A stretch of DNA of 64,000 nucleotides from Octopus bimaculoides (taxonomy: Eukaryota), in contig NC_068991.1 in the NCBI RefSeq assembly GCF_001194135.2, positions 42,272,506-42,336,505 on the forward strand, written 5' to 3'. Below are positions 61,244-64,000 of this stretch, piece after piece. The notes below the pieces were generated by a model. It made no database searches. It saw only the letters and a program-made list of their open reading frames with translations, and was not told where the DNA came from. Position numbers and translations under genes: made by a program. Every line of letters starts with the position of its first letter. The stretch's first letter is position 1.

Positions 61244-63005
61244 ATAACTTATTTAATACAATGTGATTAATATACCTTAACACTACTTATTAGAAACAGT
61301 AGTACATTAAGTACAGAAGTGCCTTGTGTTATTTGGTTTCAACCTTTTAAATTCCATGTTCAAACCCTTTACTGTTAGTAAAATAAGTACCAGGCATGAA
61401 CTGGGTTTGATTCAAATTTGAAGCCTTGTATCAATTTAAGAAATGAATATGATATAAAATCATATAACAAAATTAGTCATGGATGGGTAGATCTCCAATA
61501 TTTAGCATTAAGGGTTCAGTTGTTCAGTCAACTTGCTTCTGAATTAAATGCAATTGGCTGAGTATTCCACAGCAATGTGTATGCTTAACATAATTGTCAG
61601 ACAGGATCAGTGTGACAGCGCTGTACCTTTTGAAATACTGATACAATGCTGCTAGCAAGCCTCTATACAGTTTCCATCTACTCAGTTTTACTCACAAGGT
61701 AAGGATCAACCTGCTGTTATTGAAAATTGCATTTGCTTAAGATGTCACAGAGTAGGGATAAACCCAAGATTCCATGGTTACAAAGCAAACTTCTTAACTA
61801 CATAGCTATACCGCACCTAAAATAAATTAGTATAGTGAAATTACATTAACTGTTTTAGTGCAAACAATGTTTGCACTAGCTTAGCTGGGGTCCGCGGGGC
61901 GGTAGGGGCGGGCCACCCCAGGTGGCACTTTTAATAGGGTGGTACTTTTGGGTCTGTTGTAGGAAATATGTGGTTTTTTCTGAGGTCATGGGGGCAGCAA
62001 ACGGAAGGGAAGCACCAAGTAGCACACACTCTATCTATGCTAGTGATTGTATCATCATCATCATTGTTTAACGTTCGTTTTCCTTGCTAGCATGGGTTGG
62101 ATGATTTGACTGAGGACTGGTGGACCAGGAGACGACACCATGCTCCAATCTGATGTGGCAGAGTTTATGTAGTTAGATTCTCAGTCACACCCACAGACAT
62201 ATGCATAAATATGTAAAATTAATGACAATAAGACAATTTCTGTTTAACAAAGTTTTTCTGAAAATTTATTTGAATATTAACCTATTATTTTACCAAGTAA
62301 ATTATTGGTATTTTAAATCAATAAAATACCTTACAAATGTTACAAGAAATTCATTTTAAGTGGAAGCAGCAGGTTTTTCTTCTCAGAAAATGGATTTTGT
62401 CCACTGACTTCACTCATACCACTACTGTAGACCCACACACTTCTTTCTTCTTACTGTTTAGTGCTCCCACTAAATCCTCTCAATGCATATTTTTCTCTTT
62501 CATGTTAAACGCTTTCCCGAATACCTATTTTTTATTCTAAGACCAGCATCTATCAGGATCTAAGTCATCGTCCATTGTTTATGTTCTGGAGCAACTAGCA
62601 TACTGAAAACTGAAAATAACCTCACTAATCTCATCCTCCAGTTTAAACAGTCTTGAAAGTGACAAATGCAGCTTGTTTTACCATTATCTCCTCCTCCTTC
62701 TCTTTCCCTATGAACTGACTTCTATATAATTGTTCAACCTGCAAATCTCCTACAAATCACACTTCATTCTGTTATATAAAGTCTTATATAATGTAGTCTT
62801 AGATATCCTTAAAAAGGTCAGGTGGTGATAAATGTTTGATCAGGTGTTTTCATGTTTGATCTGGGCTAACAATAACTCCTCTCTCCATAAACTAATAAAC
62901 TTTAAAAAATCACCCACTTAGTGGAAATGTTCAATCTATCAAAATTTATTAAAATATTTATTTACTTTCCTCTTTTTTTTTTTTTTTCAAACATTTTTAA
63001 TTAAG

Positions 63006-63156
63006 ATTTTGAGAGATCTAGTGCACGATGTAAAGAATATAGTGCAACAAAAGGATCTGGGACACAAGCAAAGCCTCATGAACACATATTCTTTAGAAAT
63101 CTTGGACCAAAGGTACGAAGAACTTTGGAAAAATGTGAAAGAGAAAATGGAATGAT
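63006..63156 (+). CDS. BROX: BROX coding exon 9 ([50 protein letters not shown])
   Basis: Long pyrimidine tract + ttAAG acceptor, AT|GTGAGT donor, 151 nt. CKEY..TKG.G...KP..H.FFR.LG..V..TLEKC.RENG motif. The nine exons total 986 nt in one frame; the remaining exons are beyond 64000. Confidence 0.95.
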
Positions 63157-63201
63157 GTGAGTATATTCACTCTATCTTTTTTTTCTGTATACTTACATGC
63201 A

Positions 63202-63271
<70 letters not shown>

Positions 63272-63278
63272 ATCTCAT

Positions 63279-63942
63279 TATCATCATCATTGTTTAACGC
63301 CTGTTTCCATGCTAGCATGGGCTGGACGGTTCAACCGGGATTTGGAATGTCACCAGCATTGAAGCCAGTCAAAGCAGTGCTGGCATCAGCTATGTTCAGA
63401 TGGTGCTTTTTACGTGCCACTGGCATGGGTATCACAACTGCAATTTCCATATGATTTTCATTTTGATGTTGATGTACTTGACTCAATAGATCTCCTCAAA
63501 CACAGCAGACCATCCTATGATCCAACGTACTTTTGAATGGGCTGGGGCTGGTTATGCGAAACTGGTGAAGGATACAGCCGTGAATTCACTTTATTTGCTG
63601 GGTCTTCGCAGTCACAGCATATCTCCAGAGGTTGCGGTCTTTCGTCATTGCCTCATCCCATGTCTTCCTGGGTCTACCTATACCCAGCATTCCTTCAACT
63701 GTTTGGGAGTGGCACTTCTTCACACATCTCTCCTCATCCATCTGTAGTACATGACCATACCAGCGCAAACGTCTCTCTTGCACACCACATCTGATGCTTC
63801 TTATGTCCAACATTTCTCTCAGGGTGCTTACACTCTGTTGTGTGTGCACACTGACATTACACGTCCAGCAGATCATGCTAGTTTCATTTCTTTTGAGCCT
63901 ACGCATGTCCTCCGCAGTCAAGGCCTATGTTTCACTGCCATG
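63279..63942 (-). mobile_element. RTE LINE 3' end
   Basis: Minus ORF TAEDMRRLKRNETSMICW...RRLRWYGHVLQMDEERCVKKC...GRPRKTW, then 3' UTR and (GAT)n tail. Confidence 0.9.
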
Positions 63943-63963
63943 TATATACGTGTATATATACAC

Positions 63964-64000
<37 letters not shown>

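Overview
Eukaryotic, AT-rich, repeat-dense genomic DNA from a gapped short-read-type assembly (N runs at 1339-1348, 10468-10560, 28757-28873, 29595-29730, 37919-38387). The SINE/LINE families look like Octopus repeats as I recall them; this is an inference, not a search result. Two spliced protein-coding genes lie head-to-head. GDPGP1 (GDP-D-glucose phosphorylase, VTC2 family) is on the minus strand: 5 coding exons from ATG 15463 down to 5807, with the catalytic HIT-like exon and the rest apparently off the left edge. BROX (Bro1-domain protein) is on the plus strand: 9 coding exons from ATG 30409 to 63156, with the C-terminus off the right edge. A CpG-retaining zone (about 24-26.7 kb, with CpGs also kept near 30-32 kb) lies between them. 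Introns and the intergenic region hold RTE, RLE-type and Penelope retroelement relics, mariner, hAT and piggyBac-like MITEs, several SINE families and microsatellites. The most unusual signal is a set of type I hammerhead ribozyme motifs from at least four different sequence families (19.9/20.0, 22.1, 31.8/31.9, 37.5/38.6 and a decayed one at 55.6 kb). Three sets occur as divergent inverted pairs. One pair belongs to a TSD-flanked Penelope-like insertion that also carries a tRNA-like Pol III head upstream of the ribozyme. All alignments and folds were done by eye; repeat boundaries are approximate unless a TSD or TIR is quoted.
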